Positions 9,583-21,600 of a DNA stretch of 64,000 bases are shown one piece after another (the first letter of the stretch is position 1; each line of letters opens with the position of its first letter). Location: positions 107,185 through 171,184 of the forward strand of contig DJJA01000003.1 in assembly GCA_002433895.1 (NCBI GenBank), read 5' to 3'. Position numbers and translations under genes: made by a program. The stretch comes from Candidatus Gottesmanbacteria bacterium UBA6580. Its GTDB lineage: Bacteria > Patescibacteriota > Microgenomatia > UBA10105 > UBA927. The notes beneath the pieces were generated by a model. That model made no database searches. It was not told the DNA's origin and saw nothing but the letters and a program-made list of their open reading frames with translations.

Positions 9583-11742
9583 TTATTGACACCCCGGAGG
9601 TAGCGGAATAGGAACGTTTTGGTTTGGTCCTTTATACCCCCAATGTAAATGCGTTCCTGTGCCTGGACCGTTGTTGCCATAAGTATACCCTGTTGTATCA
9701 ACATACCCAATAACAGTGCCGGCAGGGATAAGCGTTGGTGAGCCGGAGTTTGCTGCAACCACTGGTGACACATCTAGTAAATGAGCATAATTTGTACAAT
9801 ATTGCTGTTTTGTGGAGGGGTCGGTCGCGACAAGCACCACATTGTTTCCGTAACTTGCCGCCTTGTATTGATACGGTAGATAAGAGTTTGCGTATGAGGC
9901 GATATAGGCGTCGTGAGCTGCAACCACCGGCGTTCCCTGTGCTGCAGCAAAATCCCATGCATTAAGCGTTTTATGAGATCCCGTTGAGGTGAACGGCCCC
10001 TGGCTAATCGGCGCGCGTACCGGGCAAGTGGTGATAGGGGCGACCGGCGAGGTTCCACTCCATACACAACTAAACGTTGTTACATCAGCCGCAACCTCAT
10101 TTATTTCTTGTTTAAGATTTCTCAGTGATGCGAGGATGGCACTCACTTTGGCGCTATGTGAAATAAGGGACAAATTAAGCGGCGAAGGAAAGACAAATAA
10201 AAATATAAGCGCAACAATGACGATTATCGATACGAGAAGCGGCATGTCCTGTCCCATGGGGATGGGAATAGTGGCCGCCCTTCTGGAGCTAGAGAGCTGA
10301 CGGGGGATAAGGGGGTTCGTTAAGAAGAATGACGCTGACCGGTCGACAAACGCGCCTATAGCGCCGCCGACGGCGTTATTAAGCGCGCTTAGTCCAAACC
10401 ACGGGAAAAATGAGGCGCGCACCTTTCTTTTTTGCCGTGCCGTTTTTACGGCCGCCGTCTCGGTAGCGCGAAACACGTCCCACGGGGCAATAGTTGAAGG
10501 TAAGAAGTTCCTTCCTTTTGGTGACGTGGCACTTGCGCGCGCAAGCTCGAAATAATCAAGGACGCGCTCTTTTGTGCCATGAGTAAGAACCGGGCCCAGC
10601 GGCCCCCGGAACACCGAAGAAAACACGTCGCTTACCAGTGACCGTGCCTGTCCCGATTGTTGTCTTTCAGATAGTTGGTGGGTAAGATTTTGAGATATAT
10701 TCGTGAACAATGCGCTATGGACAAAATTTTCTCCAAGCCGGTCAGTAAAGCTTTGCGCGCTTGTTAACATTGATCTGAGCGTGCCATTTACTTTTTCATG
10801 GATAATCATTTCCCGAAGTGGTTCTCCCACAAGAGATAAAACACCATCGGCTCCCTGTTGGAGCCCCTTCGCCGCCCCTTTTGCGTTTGCCGCAGAGAAA
10901 AAGTTTAGTCCACCGTTCCTTTCTTGTTTTGCCTCGAGCGATTCGGCGATGTGCGCCAATTTATTTGCCCGGGCAAGCGATTCGGCGGTTGTTTCAGAAG
11001 GGGGGGCGTTTAACACCACATCGACGAGCACGTCGGGGCGCTTCATATCAATATCGTCATAGAGCGCTGTCGTGAGCGTCGCGGCGCGCTTTGCCTGTTG
11101 TGTGACGCCCGAGACATACGCATTGTTCGCTTCAAGGACGTCGTTAATGGTTGTTTTTAACTGGGCTGCCTGTTCCTGGGTTAATGTGCCCCCGGTTATT
11201 GCGTTTGAGGCAAGTATAAGTTCTGCAAATCTTTCTTTTGTTTGTTGCTGTGTTGCTTCTCCTGATGCTGCGATGAGGGCGCTGTCGGCAACAGCACCCA
11301 CCCGGTCTTCGGAAAGCGTGGGCATGGTCGAGCTAAACCGCGTTACCAGATCATGAACAAACGCGCGCCGCCGCTCTTTTTGACTGGTAACCGAGGTTGC
11401 TGCAGCCTGTTTTATGCGCGATGAGGCGTATTTCCGCACTTCACCCACAGCTTTCACCTCGTTTTCCAACAGCGCTTGGTCGGGAAGTTGCGATTGAAAA
11501 TTAGGGAGTTCTTTTAGTTTTTCTGAGCCCCGGGAAACAATTTCCGTAAACACCTTAACCAATTCGTCTTCCCCCATGATCTCTGCCTGCCCCAGAGATG
11601 TTTTTTGCTCCTCTATGAGTTCCCGAAGATATGAATACTGGCTTGCCGCGGCAATCGCTTCGTATATAGAAATGCTCCCCGAAGCGACGTCAGATAGTAG
11701 GTTATCAGCAAATTCACGGAGCGTTTGAGGATCGTTTGCCAT
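9583..11742 (-). CDS. Membrane protein with C-terminal M23 metallopeptidase domain
   Basis: Long helical N-terminus, one TM, then HKTLNAWD..GTPVVA..YGNNV..YAHL..GTVIGYVDTTG..HLHW. Confidence 0.8.
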   Translation of the reverse strand: MANDPQTLREFADNLLSDVASGSISIYEAIAAASQYSYLRELIEEQKTSLGQAEIMGEDELVKVFTEIVSRGSEKLKELPNFQSQLPDQALLENEVKAVGEVRKYASSRIKQAAATSVTSQKERRRAFVHDLVTRFSSTMPTLSEDRVGAVADSALIAASGEATQQQTKERFAELILASNAITGGTLTQEQAAQLKTTINDVLEANNAYVSGVTQQAKRAATLTTALYDDIDMKRPDVLVDVVLNAPPSETTAESLARANKLAHIAESLEAKQERNGGLNFFSAANAKGAAKGLQQGADGVLSLVGEPLREMIIHEKVNGTLRSMLTSAQSFTDRLGENFVHSALFTNISQNLTHQLSERQQSGQARSLVSDVFSSVFRGPLGPVLTHGTKERVLDYFELARASATSPKGRNFLPSTIAPWDVFRATETAAVKTARQKRKVRASFFPWFGLSALNNAVGGAIGAFVDRSASFFLTNPLIPRQLSSSRRAATIPIPMGQDMPLLVSIIVIVALIFLFVFPSPLNLSLISHSAKVSAILASLRNLKQEINEVAADVTTFSCVWSGTSPVAPITTCPVRAPISQGPFTSTGSHKTLNAWDFAAAQGTPVVAAHDAYIASYANSYLPYQYKAASYGNNVVLVATDPSTKQQYCTNYAHLLDVSPVVAANSGSPTLIPAGTVIGYVDTTGYTYGNNGPGTGTHLHWGYKGPNQNVPIPLPPGCQ

Positions 11743-11747
11743 AAAGG

Positions 11748-13664
11748 TTAGCCGGTTTTATTGGTTTGTACGGTTTCGACAGTGAAAATAGGACGATTTG
11801 ATTTCGGAAGCGCAGTCGCTTCCTGTGTCACCGGTTGGGCGTCGTGTTGAGGCGCCTGGTTTACCCCCGGTTTTTCCGCGAGCGCCTCTTGAGGTCTGGT
11901 GGTTGCAACCTCGTGTTCCTCTGGGCTTGCGATGACCCGCATGGCGGCATGCGCGGGACCCGCAAAAAATAACCCTTGTCCCACGTCTGCCGCAAGAAGT
12001 AGGTGTTTTTCTCCTTCAGAAAGATAAAACACCTGCGCGATTGTATCAATCGCCGCAGAAGACTGTTTGAGTAAAATTTGCATACTGCTGTTTTGAATAA
12101 TCGCCTTGCCCATTTCTGTTGCAAGAAAATCTTCCACATCTTGTGTGATGGTTGTAAGCCCAAGATAGTATTTGCGCGCCCGCTTCGCGATACCGTAGAG
12201 AAACTGTGCAGAATCTGGATATTTCATAAGGTACCACGCTTCATCCACGATAAGTAACCGTCGGCGTTTGTTATATCTGATTTTGTTCCAAATAAAATCC
12301 AGGATGAGATACATGGCAATGGGCCGCAGCTCATCTTCCAGATCGCGGATAGAAAACACCGTAAGCTGGTTTCTGATTGCTACATTTGTTTGTTGATCAA
12401 AAATACCCACAAGGCTTCCCCGGACAAATTTTTCTATTCGGTCGGCGAGTCCTTTCGCGAGCACCTCTTCCATGCCGACAAGCGTTTTGTATAAATCCTC
12501 CATTAGTGGTGGCTCTTTTGAGTGTGTGGAGGGGTCGGGGGTAATCCCTTTTTGTTTGTAAGTTAATATAATCGCGCGATCAAGCAACGCATCTTCTGTG
12601 GGGGTGAGCCTCCCCATTACCACCCGGAAAAATCCATGAAGCGACAATATTTTTTGACCCAACTCGCTTTCGTCGTTGCTGCCCCCAGACAGAAGCGCAA
12701 GGTCAAACGGATTTATTTTTGTGGACGATCCGAAACGGAAGCGTATATATTCGCCCCCCAGTGTGTGGGTAAGATTTTCATATTCGTTTTCCGGATCAAT
12801 GATAATTACTTCGGTATCAAACATGAGGCTCCGCATAACCTCAAGCTTCACCATGTAGCTTTTTCCGCCTCCTGACTTACCAAACACAACCGAATTCGCG
12901 TTTTCGAGAGTAAACCGGTCAAAAATAATAAGCGAATCGTTGTGTTCGTTGAGACCATAAAGAATGCCTTCGTTTGCTGTAAGCTCACTTGTCGTGAACG
13001 GGAATGTTGTGGCAAGCGACGTGGTGTCCATGTTTCGTGTTACCACGAGCCGGTCTTTTCCTGTGGGAAGCGTTGTTTTTAGCCCCTCTTCCATCTGAAG
13101 GATGGCTTTTTTCGTGACAATGAGTAGTGATCCTAGTGTTGCTTCCACCTGTTTCGTCGCTTTATCAAGATCCTCGCGGGTTTTAGCGGGGATAGTGACA
13201 TAGAGACCAAATTGGAAAAAGCGCTCAGAGCCTTTTGCCAACTCTTGTTGAAGCGCTAGCGCGTCTTCCAGCGCAACCTGGACTGATGGTTCAATAACGC
13301 GTCCGCGTTTAAGGTCGGACTGTATCGTTGCTTCCATTTCTCCAACTTTGCGCTTAAGGTTTTCGAGAATTTCCTCGCTTCTCGTGGGGTAAATATACAT
13401 GGAAATATCGAGCGTGTGATTAAATGAAATAAGCGGCTCCAGCCAGTTTGCCGAAACAAAACGGGGGTAGCCCGCTACAAAAAGCGTCCGGTAGTACCAG
13501 TCGCCAACCTTAAGCAGGTCAAAATCTACTTCGATTGCGGGCGGCGCAATAACATCAGTAACGGTTAGAGGTTTTTGCCTGAGCGATGCGGCTCCACCCT
13601 TCGGTAGGGGCGGGGACCCCACCATTCGTCCTAGTAACGATGCGATATTTTTTGAATTAGACAT
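11748..13664 (-). CDS. virB4: VirB4-like type IV secretion ATPase
   Basis: GKSGGGKS Walker A, IIDPENEY, INPFD, LIVDEAW, RARKY, ITQ. Confidence 0.9.
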   Translation of the reverse strand: MSNSKNIASLLGRMVGSPPLPKGGAASLRQKPLTVTDVIAPPAIEVDFDLLKVGDWYYRTLFVAGYPRFVSANWLEPLISFNHTLDISMYIYPTRSEEILENLKRKVGEMEATIQSDLKRGRVIEPSVQVALEDALALQQELAKGSERFFQFGLYVTIPAKTREDLDKATKQVEATLGSLLIVTKKAILQMEEGLKTTLPTGKDRLVVTRNMDTTSLATTFPFTTSELTANEGILYGLNEHNDSLIIFDRFTLENANSVVFGKSGGGKSYMVKLEVMRSLMFDTEVIIIDPENEYENLTHTLGGEYIRFRFGSSTKINPFDLALLSGGSNDESELGQKILSLHGFFRVVMGRLTPTEDALLDRAIILTYKQKGITPDPSTHSKEPPLMEDLYKTLVGMEEVLAKGLADRIEKFVRGSLVGIFDQQTNVAIRNQLTVFSIRDLEDELRPIAMYLILDFIWNKIRYNKRRRLLIVDEAWYLMKYPDSAQFLYGIAKRARKYYLGLTTITQDVEDFLATEMGKAIIQNSSMQILLKQSSAAIDTIAQVFYLSEGEKHLLLAADVGQGLFFAGPAHAAMRVIASPEEHEVATTRPQEALAEKPGVNQAPQHDAQPVTQEATALPKSNRPIFTVETVQTNKTG

Positions 13665-14319
13665 TTGATTCCTTTCCAAGACTTAACATAGTAACGTCTG
13701 GCGGCGGATTTCCCGGATTGTACATACTGAAAAACAGTTTTACGAGTGCATCAGAGTTAAGTTGTACTGCGTGTAACCCAACTCTCGCGAGCAACCGCAC
13801 AAGGTGATCTCTTTTGGGGAGAAGCACGGTTTGCGCACGGTCGTATATATATGATTTTTCGTAAGGTAGCCCGCCCTTTTTGGGTCCGAATAAAAGTGTA
13901 GAAGATACGCCGAGCTCCACGCTGGAAAACGGAAGGACTATATAGAATTTTTTGTCGAGCACATCCTTTTCTTTTACCATAGACGCGACAAACAGCCGGT
14001 ATCCATGAATACTCTTTGTAAGTTTCGGGTTTTTTTGACGCGCCTCCTGATCTTCGAGCAGCTTGAGGTAGGCAGAAATGTCCTTGTGTTTTGTCTGAAT
14101 AAGAATTTGGATAGGAAATGAAAGGGAGTTGAGTAATCCCGCATACGCGTAAATAATTGCGTCCTGTTCTTTTTCAGAAAGCAGGCCGAAATTGACCGCC
14201 GTTGTGGCAATAACGAGCGAGACTGATCCATCAGCAAACATAACAAGATCACGGTCAATATCGACAATTTCCGTAAATACTTGTGTGGATGCCCGTATGG
14301 GTGTAATTGGTTCTGCCAT
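13657..14319 (-). CDS. T4SS-associated protein resembling the N-terminal part of TraC/VirB4-type proteins
   Basis: VNFGLLSEKEQ...LNSLSFPIQI; lies between prgI-like gene and virB4. Confidence 0.6.
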   Translation of the reverse strand: MAEPITPIRASTQVFTEIVDIDRDLVMFADGSVSLVIATTAVNFGLLSEKEQDAIIYAYAGLLNSLSFPIQILIQTKHKDISAYLKLLEDQEARQKNPKLTKSIHGYRLFVASMVKEKDVLDKKFYIVLPFSSVELGVSSTLLFGPKKGGLPYEKSYIYDRAQTVLLPKRDHLVRLLARVGLHAVQLNSDALVKLFFSMYNPGNPPPDVTMLSLGKESNV

Positions 14320-14323
14320 ATAA

Positions 14324-15652
14324 TTAAACGGATGTTTTTCCGAAAATTTCCTGGGCGAGCTTTTCGCGCGTGAGCACCTTTTCACTTTTAGCGATTATTT
14401 CGAGTACGGGAACGACCGTGCCATTGAGGGTGATCTGTACCCTGGTAAAAGTAAATCTTCCCCGCGGGTCTTCTATTTCTACAAAGTACACGCCGCTTGT
14501 AAGTGGTGTTGACGCGGCAAATTGTCCGAGCTTGTTTGTTTTGAGCGCGCGCATGGGCACCCCCTCACCGTTTGTGACAGTAACAAGAATGCCGGGCAAC
14601 AAGTTGCCTACGTCATCTTTGACAAGGCCAGTGATCACATTTGGCGCGTTCGTCAGACGCGGTAGCCCCACCTTTACCGCCCCCTCCTCAGTTGTAATGA
14701 CATTAACTGTGCCGCGGGACGACCCCGCAAGGCTATCTTCCCGAGGGGTCGTTGCCCGGGGTGATACTGGCTGTGGCGGAGCCTCCCTGCGTTTGAGTGC
14801 GACCAACTGCTCTTCTGTGTTTGTTTTTGCCGCAAGTGTTTCGGTGAGTTGTTTTTGTAATTCAAGTACCCGCTCTTCCGTCATGGTTTTTGTCGCAAGC
14901 TTTGCTTCGAGAGCCGCGAGGGTTTCCTCAAGCTGTTTAATTTTCTGCTGTGTTTCCTCACTTACCACGCTAGAGGTGGTCTGAGGCGCAGGTGGCGGTG
15001 GCGCCTCGACGTGTTGACCGGTAACCGATGGAACCGGACGCGCAACGGGTGGAGCGGGAGTTGGATGATGTGCGGGTGCTGCTACATGTTTTGGACGGAA
15101 CAAAGACATGATTTCATCGATAAGTGTTACGTGTGGTTTCTGTGCATGCACAGTCATTGGAGAAGTGGGGTGGGGCGTTTGCTGGGCGCCGGCATTTCCC
15201 GGCTGAAACAAGTCAGAAAGCGCGCTTTTCGGGTTCGTTTGTGGTGCTGTTGCGGGTTTTGCCGCTGGTGTCTGCGGAGGGATGACAGGAGCCGCTGACA
15301 CAGCGGCAGCAGGTTTGTTGCCCTGAGGCGTTGGCGGTGCCTTGGCGGCGGGAGGCGTCATTGATGCTTCATGTGACCAAATGTATTGTGTGGGGTTATA
15401 GATGCTTTTAAAGAAAGAAAAAACCCACACATCCATCGGCCGCTCCTCGATTGGGATAAAAGCAAACCCTATACCTAAAAAAGCGAACGCACCGGTAAGC
15501 GGCCAGGTGATAATAAAAGGGAGGGGTAGTTTATACGCGATAAACGCGAGAATTGCTCCGGCACACAAGTAGCCGAATTGTTTCAGCGTCATGTCGCCGA
15601 TCAGCCGAAACTGAAACGTCGTAACATTTTGAGGGACAGGATGTTGTTCCAT
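14324..15652 (-). CDS. PrgI-family protein with Pro-rich linker, coiled coil and C-terminal carboxypeptidase-regulatory-like domain
   Basis: HPVPQN..FRLIGDMTLKQF + 2 TMs; C-terminal ITGLVKDDVGNLLPG..KTNKLGQF. Confidence 0.75.
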   Translation of the reverse strand: MEQHPVPQNVTTFQFRLIGDMTLKQFGYLCAGAILAFIAYKLPLPFIITWPLTGAFAFLGIGFAFIPIEERPMDVWVFSFFKSIYNPTQYIWSHEASMTPPAAKAPPTPQGNKPAAAVSAAPVIPPQTPAAKPATAPQTNPKSALSDLFQPGNAGAQQTPHPTSPMTVHAQKPHVTLIDEIMSLFRPKHVAAPAHHPTPAPPVARPVPSVTGQHVEAPPPPAPQTTSSVVSEETQQKIKQLEETLAALEAKLATKTMTEERVLELQKQLTETLAAKTNTEEQLVALKRREAPPQPVSPRATTPREDSLAGSSRGTVNVITTEEGAVKVGLPRLTNAPNVITGLVKDDVGNLLPGILVTVTNGEGVPMRALKTNKLGQFAASTPLTSGVYFVEIEDPRGRFTFTRVQITLNGTVVPVLEIIAKSEKVLTREKLAQEIFGKTSV

Positions 15653-15774
15653 GTACCCTTCATTGTAGAGGGAAAAATTAAGGTGTTCAATAGCACAAAG
15701 CGCATCAGGACCGTGAAAACTCCACTTTTAGAGTTTTCACGAATGAAAAAAATAATCTATGATAAGATAGCCTC

Positions 15775-17961
15775 ATGAGTGTGTCACCAGTGACGTTGTT
15801 GGAAATTCAAAACGCTAGGGAGAGCGAGGAGTCGCCGCTTGCGATGGAGCAGGTGTTTGCTGCGCTGGGAAGCGGTGGAGCCCACCAGAATATATTCCAG
15901 CGCCTTTTTGGCGGCGGCCATACGCAAGCATCACACTTTAGTCTGGAGATAGTCTCGGTGAATAGTCGGATCCATTTTTTTCTTGCGGCTCCCGATTCAC
16001 TCCGTGAGTATCTCGAGAGCCAGCTCACCGCGCAGTACCCAAGGTTGCTTATTACGAAAATCCCCGACTACATGGAGCATTTTCTTTCGCTTCCACACGC
16101 GTCGGGGCAACTAGTGTACGGGAGCAGCTTTTATTTACCTCTCAAGACATACAAGGACATAAAAGACCTGGATATTCTTTCGGGCGTCGTTGGGCAATTC
16201 GCGAAGTTACAGCCTCAGGAGGCTGTAGCGCTCCAGATACGAGTAGCTCCCGCAGGGAGCGGGTGGCAGCGGTCGATTGCCTCCATGATTGCCAAAGGAG
16301 TGCCCGACCCGAACTCAACCGTTGGGCGCACCAAACAGCACCCGCACGCCAGACTTATGGAAACAAAGATGAACCAGGTGGGTTTTTCAGCGGCGATAAG
16401 GCTTGTCGCTGTTGCGCCAACAGAAGGCCGGGCCAAGCAGGTGCTCCACACGTCCGCAGGTACATTCGGGGTGTACACATCGGGCGAAGGAAACAGCCTG
16501 GTGTTGTCTGAGCCGCAATTTTGGCAAAAAAAGAAATTTGAGCAGTCGTTTTTACTTCGGGGAGATTATTTGCGTCCCCGGTTCCAGGTGTTGGGAGCAA
16601 GCGAGCTATCGTCATTGTGGCATCCGCCCGGCATGGGACTTTCCATGATCAAAAATATTCATTGGGGGGCACGTCTTTTGGGGGAGGCGCCCGCTAACTT
16701 GCCGATTGCGACTGATGATCAGGAAGAAAAACGAAAAATTAATTTTTTTGCAAAAACGGAATACAAAAATACCCCCACCACGTTCGGTGTTAAAAAAGAA
16801 GACCGGAGAAAACACCTCTATGTTATCGGAAAAACTGGCACCGGTAAGTCAACAATGATCGCGAACATGGCAATAAATGATATGAAAAACGGCGAAGGTA
16901 TGGCAGTTATCGATCCACACGGAGATCTCTGTGACATTTTATTACATTATGTACCGTCAAACAGGATAAATGATGTTGCTTACTTGGATCCGTCTGATAT
17001 CGATAACCCGTTTTATTTAAACCCCCTTGAGGTAAAAAATCCGGCGTACCGCGAGTTGATAGCTTCGGGGATCGTGTCGATATTTTATAAGTTGTATCAC
17101 ATGAGTTGGGGGCCGCGGCTTGAGTATATTCTCCGAAACACAATTTTGACCCTAACGCATGTTCCGCAGTCGACATTTCTTGATATACCCGAGCTGCTCA
17201 CCAACGAACGGTTCCGGGAAAAGGTGGTAGAAAAACTTGATGACCGGGTACTCAAAAATTTTTGGCTCAACGAGTTTAATAAGTTGTCTCCACAGCTTAA
17301 AAGCGAGTCGATATCACCAATTCTTAACAAGGTTGGACAATTTCTTTCGTCAAAAACTATTCGAAACATCGTGGGACATCCCACTTCTACCATTGATTTG
17401 GAACACATGATGAACGAGGGGAAGATTGTGATCGTCAATCTTTCTCAGGGGAAGCTCGGGGAAGATAGCAGCGCGTTGTTGGGGGCGATGATTATTACAA
17501 AAATGCAGCTTGCCGCCATGAATAGGGTATATAAATCAGAGGAAGACAGACGGGATTTTTATCTCTATGTCGATGAGTTTCAGAATTTTGCCACGCAGTC
17601 GTTTATAAAGATATTGTCTGAGGCGCGAAAGTACCGTCTAAATCTTTCGCTTGCGAACCAGTATATAGGTCAAATTGATGAAGACGTACAGAAGGCGATT
17701 TTCGGTAACGCAGGCTCAATCGTGTCATTTGCGGTGGGAGCCGCAGACGCGAGGCTTCTGGGGCGTGAATTCGGCGAAAAGTATGAAGAGTCAGAGTTGG
17801 TGGGCCTCGGAAATTTTCAGATAGTCCTAAAGTTATCTATAGACAACCAAACGTCAACGCCGTTTTCGGCAGTTACGTTACCGTTGCCGAAGAGCCGCAA
17901 TGAACATCGTGAGACAGTTATCCGTGTTTCTCGCGAACGGTACACAAAAAAGGTACAATAG
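15775..17961 (+). CDS. VirD4/TrwB-like coupling ATPase
   Basis: HLYVIGKTGTGKS, IDPHGDL, LYVDEFQNF, LSEARKYRL, ANQY, IFGNAG. Confidence 0.88.
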   Translation: MSVSPVTLLEIQNARESEESPLAMEQVFAALGSGGAHQNIFQRLFGGGHTQASHFSLEIVSVNSRIHFFLAAPDSLREYLESQLTAQYPRLLITKIPDYMEHFLSLPHASGQLVYGSSFYLPLKTYKDIKDLDILSGVVGQFAKLQPQEAVALQIRVAPAGSGWQRSIASMIAKGVPDPNSTVGRTKQHPHARLMETKMNQVGFSAAIRLVAVAPTEGRAKQVLHTSAGTFGVYTSGEGNSLVLSEPQFWQKKKFEQSFLLRGDYLRPRFQVLGASELSSLWHPPGMGLSMIKNIHWGARLLGEAPANLPIATDDQEEKRKINFFAKTEYKNTPTTFGVKKEDRRKHLYVIGKTGTGKSTMIANMAINDMKNGEGMAVIDPHGDLCDILLHYVPSNRINDVAYLDPSDIDNPFYLNPLEVKNPAYRELIASGIVSIFYKLYHMSWGPRLEYILRNTILTLTHVPQSTFLDIPELLTNERFREKVVEKLDDRVLKNFWLNEFNKLSPQLKSESISPILNKVGQFLSSKTIRNIVGHPTSTIDLEHMMNEGKIVIVNLSQGKLGEDSSALLGAMIITKMQLAAMNRVYKSEEDRRDFYLYVDEFQNFATQSFIKILSEARKYRLNLSLANQYIGQIDEDVQKAIFGNAGSIVSFAVGAADARLLGREFGEKYEESELVGLGNFQIVLKLSIDNQTSTPFSAVTLPLPKSRNEHRETVIRVSRERYTKKVQ

Positions 17962-17967
17962 CCCCCT

Positions 17968-18522
17968 ATGAATATAGGACTGTTGGGAGGCGCGTTTAAC
18001 CCGCCGCATTTTGGCCACCTCATGATTGCCCGCCAGGTGTTGGATTTTACCGATACAGACGAGGTGTGGTTTTTGCCTAACTTTGGCCAGATTCCTCCAA
18101 AGCCTGTGGCTGGTGTTGCTGACCGGCTTGCGATGACGAAGTTATTACGGCTTCCAAAAACACGGGTGTCCACGATAGAGATAGACAATTCGCTTGATGG
18201 GGACACGATCCATTTGCTTCCGTATTTGCCCAAAGAGCATAATTTCCGCTTTATTATCGGCTCCGACCAGCTTCCGACGTTTCACTTGTGGGGACGGTGG
18301 GAAGAGTTGCTTCGTTCAATGCCGTTTTTAGTGTTTCCAAGGTATGGGTTTCCCAACGAGCCGTTGTATCCGAACATGACACTCGTTTCTAACGAGCTGC
18401 TTGTGGGAACGAATATTTCATCGACAAAAATCCGCAAGCGGGTTGAGCGCGGGTTGTCCATTGAGGAGTTTGTGCCCCCCAACATTGCTTCGTATATCAC
18501 CTCACATGGGTTATACCGATAA
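17968..18522 (+). CDS. nadD: Nicotinate-nucleotide adenylyltransferase
   Basis: GGAFNPPHFGH, FIIGSD, ISSTKIR. Confidence 0.9.
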   Translation: MNIGLLGGAFNPPHFGHLMIARQVLDFTDTDEVWFLPNFGQIPPKPVAGVADRLAMTKLLRLPKTRVSTIEIDNSLDGDTIHLLPYLPKEHNFRFIIGSDQLPTFHLWGRWEELLRSMPFLVFPRYGFPNEPLYPNMTLVSNELLVGTNISSTKIRKRVERGLSIEEFVPPNIASYITSHGLYR

Positions 18523-18609
18523 GCTCCCTTGTTCTTCGTGAGATGACAGGATAGAATTATGGTAAGCGCATCTATGCGGCGCGTTGTTTCGTGTAATTTT
18601 ACTTAGTGT

Positions 18610-21600
18610 ATGGCAAACGAAGAATTATTCAAACGGTTGAGTGAAGCAGCCAAAAAAGCAGCGGAGGGTGGCGGACAGCCAAAGCCGCCAGAGGCCCCGC
18701 CGCCACCAGAAGCTCCCGAAGTGAAGCTTGGAGAGCACAATAAGCAGGCCGGTGCAAAAGAGGTCAATAAGGAGCGGGTCGCAAATCTTGCGGCAAAGCT
18801 TGCTGAGGCAACCTCAGAAACCACAAAACGCCTTGTGGGAAGCGAAGTTGATTTTCCGACCGACGAGCGGGTATTTTCTGTCATCGAATCCCTGATTACC
18901 GCCGATGAGTCGCAGCTTGCGGATCCGGAATACATGCGGGGCATCGGGCAGCAGTTGGTGGCATTGGCAAAAGAGTCGGGGCTAACAAGCCCGACCGCGG
19001 TTGAGGCGCGGCGGTATTTACGGAAAATTGTCGCCGAACACCCGAGTCTTAGTGACCTACAGTATGAAGCTGTACCTATTATAGCTGGGGGATCGGGTAA
19101 ACCGGATGAGGAGGCAAACGACGAAGCGACCGTGGACAAGGATCCGGAACTGACCCAAGAGGTGGGTAGATTATTTAATGAGACCGCTGACACCGATCTA
19201 AAAGACACAGCAATTGCCTCTGACTTGCAGGAGCTTCAGTACCGTTTCCGTGTAGATCCGGGAGCCGCATATGACAGTAGGCTTACCGATGATGCGGTGC
19301 GACGCATGGTTGAAAAGGGGAGGCGCGAAGGGCTTGATCCAAAGCTGGTACAGAAAGCAGTGGAGCGGGTGCGTTATTTTGAGCGGTTCACCGACTTGCG
19401 GCACCAGAAATATCAGGAAAAGCTCCGCGGCGGAAGGAGCGTGGCCTGGTCAGAAATCATGGAAAATTCCCCACAGAAGTCGTTGCACGAGCCGGATGAC
19501 GTGTTTACCGATTTCCGATCCATGCCGCCTGCTGATGTAGAAACCATAATTCAGGGGGACGAGGGCGAGGCGAAGTGGTATTTCGATTTTATTGACCAGA
19601 TTTATTCCATGGGACGGGAAGAAACCCGGCCAAGCCTCACCCATGAACAACGCTTTCAGGAGTTTAAAGATTACCTTGTGTGGAAATATGGTAGTGAGTA
19701 TCACATCGCCGTGCAGATGTATCAGAAGCATTGGGATAGCCGCGGACAATATGAATATGCAGTTAAAGGACTCATGTATAACCCGGGCGACGTGAAAGAC
19801 AGGTTAAAGGCGATGTCGTTGTTGCAGGGGGCTGATCTTGACCACCTTTATAAAAACTTTGACCACTCAAACGAAGCATATAGCTTGTACGAACACGTAT
19901 TGTTTGAGCTTATGGCAACCAAGCGCGCGAAATACGGAGAGGCGCTAAAGTATTTGCGCGAAGACATCACATGGAACGGGAAAACCATGAAGCGCGAAGA
20001 CATCCTCAAAGAGCTCAAAGCGAAGCAGCGGATGGAGGGCTATGACCCGACCAAAGGAAAAACACAAAGTCCTCTCTCTATTGAGGATCAGCGGTTGATG
20101 CACGAAATACAACAGCAGATGGATTTAGCGGCGGAAGGTGTCATGTTGTGGGATGACGACGTGCAAAGTTATACCGAGTTACACATCACCCTTACCAAAT
20201 TGCGGAATAGCCGTGAGCAGCTTCTCAAAAAGAAGAGTGCTGGTACCGCGCTTACTGAAAAAGAGGCGGACCAGCTCGGTGAAATTGACAGGCTATATCA
20301 GATCTATTCCCACCGGGAAGAAATGCTTAATGAAAATTTTACCCAGGAGCTATTGGAAACGCGCGGACTTTCCCCGGTCGACATTGAGGTTCGCAAGCGG
20401 TTGGTGGGCTACCTTAAAGCACAGCATCCGGAAGACCCGAACTACAAACCGGCTGAATATGAAGTCCGTATGGCGTTATGGGCATCACGGACCGCCATGA
20501 TTGGCTCAGGACGCATGGCGATGATTGGCGCCATGATGTCGGTGCCTCCCGCTGTCGAATACGGGACATCGTCAGGTAAGCACGTCATGCGCGCGCCGGC
20601 GTTTGAAGATATCCAGCGTATTTTTAATCCGGAAACATTTGCTACCCGTTTTAATATCGGTGGCGACATGGGTATTACCGCGCGGAGCATATTCCGAAAA
20701 AACTTAATGAGAACGAAAGGGATTAATCCTAAAGAGCCTGGATGGTTTAAGAAAATGTCCGGCGCCGCAGAGAGTTTGGGGCGTAAGTTTAAACTCACCA
20801 AAACGAAAGAATGGCATGAGGCGAAGCATCATGAGCATGACAAGCAGCGGCAGCAGTCGATGGAAACATGGGAGTTTGCCGAGGACGCAACCGGTATATC
20901 ATTTAGCGAGTTGTTGGGTCCTGGATTTATGGCAAGCGGAGGATTTTATGATGGAACCGCGTGGCGTCTGGAAAAGGGAGTGGCAGACGAGCTTCGTGGA
21001 AAAATGCTAAGTCTGAAAAAATTGCCCGAAAACGCCGCGCTTTTGGATAATCAGGCGCTTTCTATACAGCTATTGACCGCGGGAAATGCCGCAGAACGCA
21101 AACCAATACTCGACCGCATGCTGCGGCGGAACCCATCGAAGTTTTTGGAGTTGTTGGAGGAAGATACAGAGCGCATATTGACGAAGAATAAGGTGACACA
21201 CGAAGAGTGGAAGAAGTTTAAAGAAGCACTTTCTCTTGCTGAGCTTAAGATGGCTCACGAGAAAGACTGGCAATTTGCACGTATAGATCTTGCTGAGAAA
21301 AAAGATTTTGATGCATTGGTGGTGCCATATCTCAACATATTGAAGCTTGACCCCGCGCGGAGTGAAAGTCTGCGCCAGGTGATCGTCGATATGCAGGCCG
21401 AAATATATCGCGGCCGCAAAGTTGATGCTTCAGGGGGCACCTTTAATAATAAAATGGACGCTATTGCCGCGCTCAAACTTCCACTCACCATGAGCTTGAC
21501 CGACTTTGATTGGAAAGAATCCAACTTTTACCAACTTGGTACCGTTGCTATGCACCGTCGTATTCGAGATGTCGGCGCACAGATGCGTGCCCGTGACGCG

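Noticed and set aside
14370-14984. Long antisense ORFs (also 18603-19208, 59350-59922, 43286-43825)
   Set aside because: Shadows of well-supported genes on the opposite strand, with no motifs of their own.
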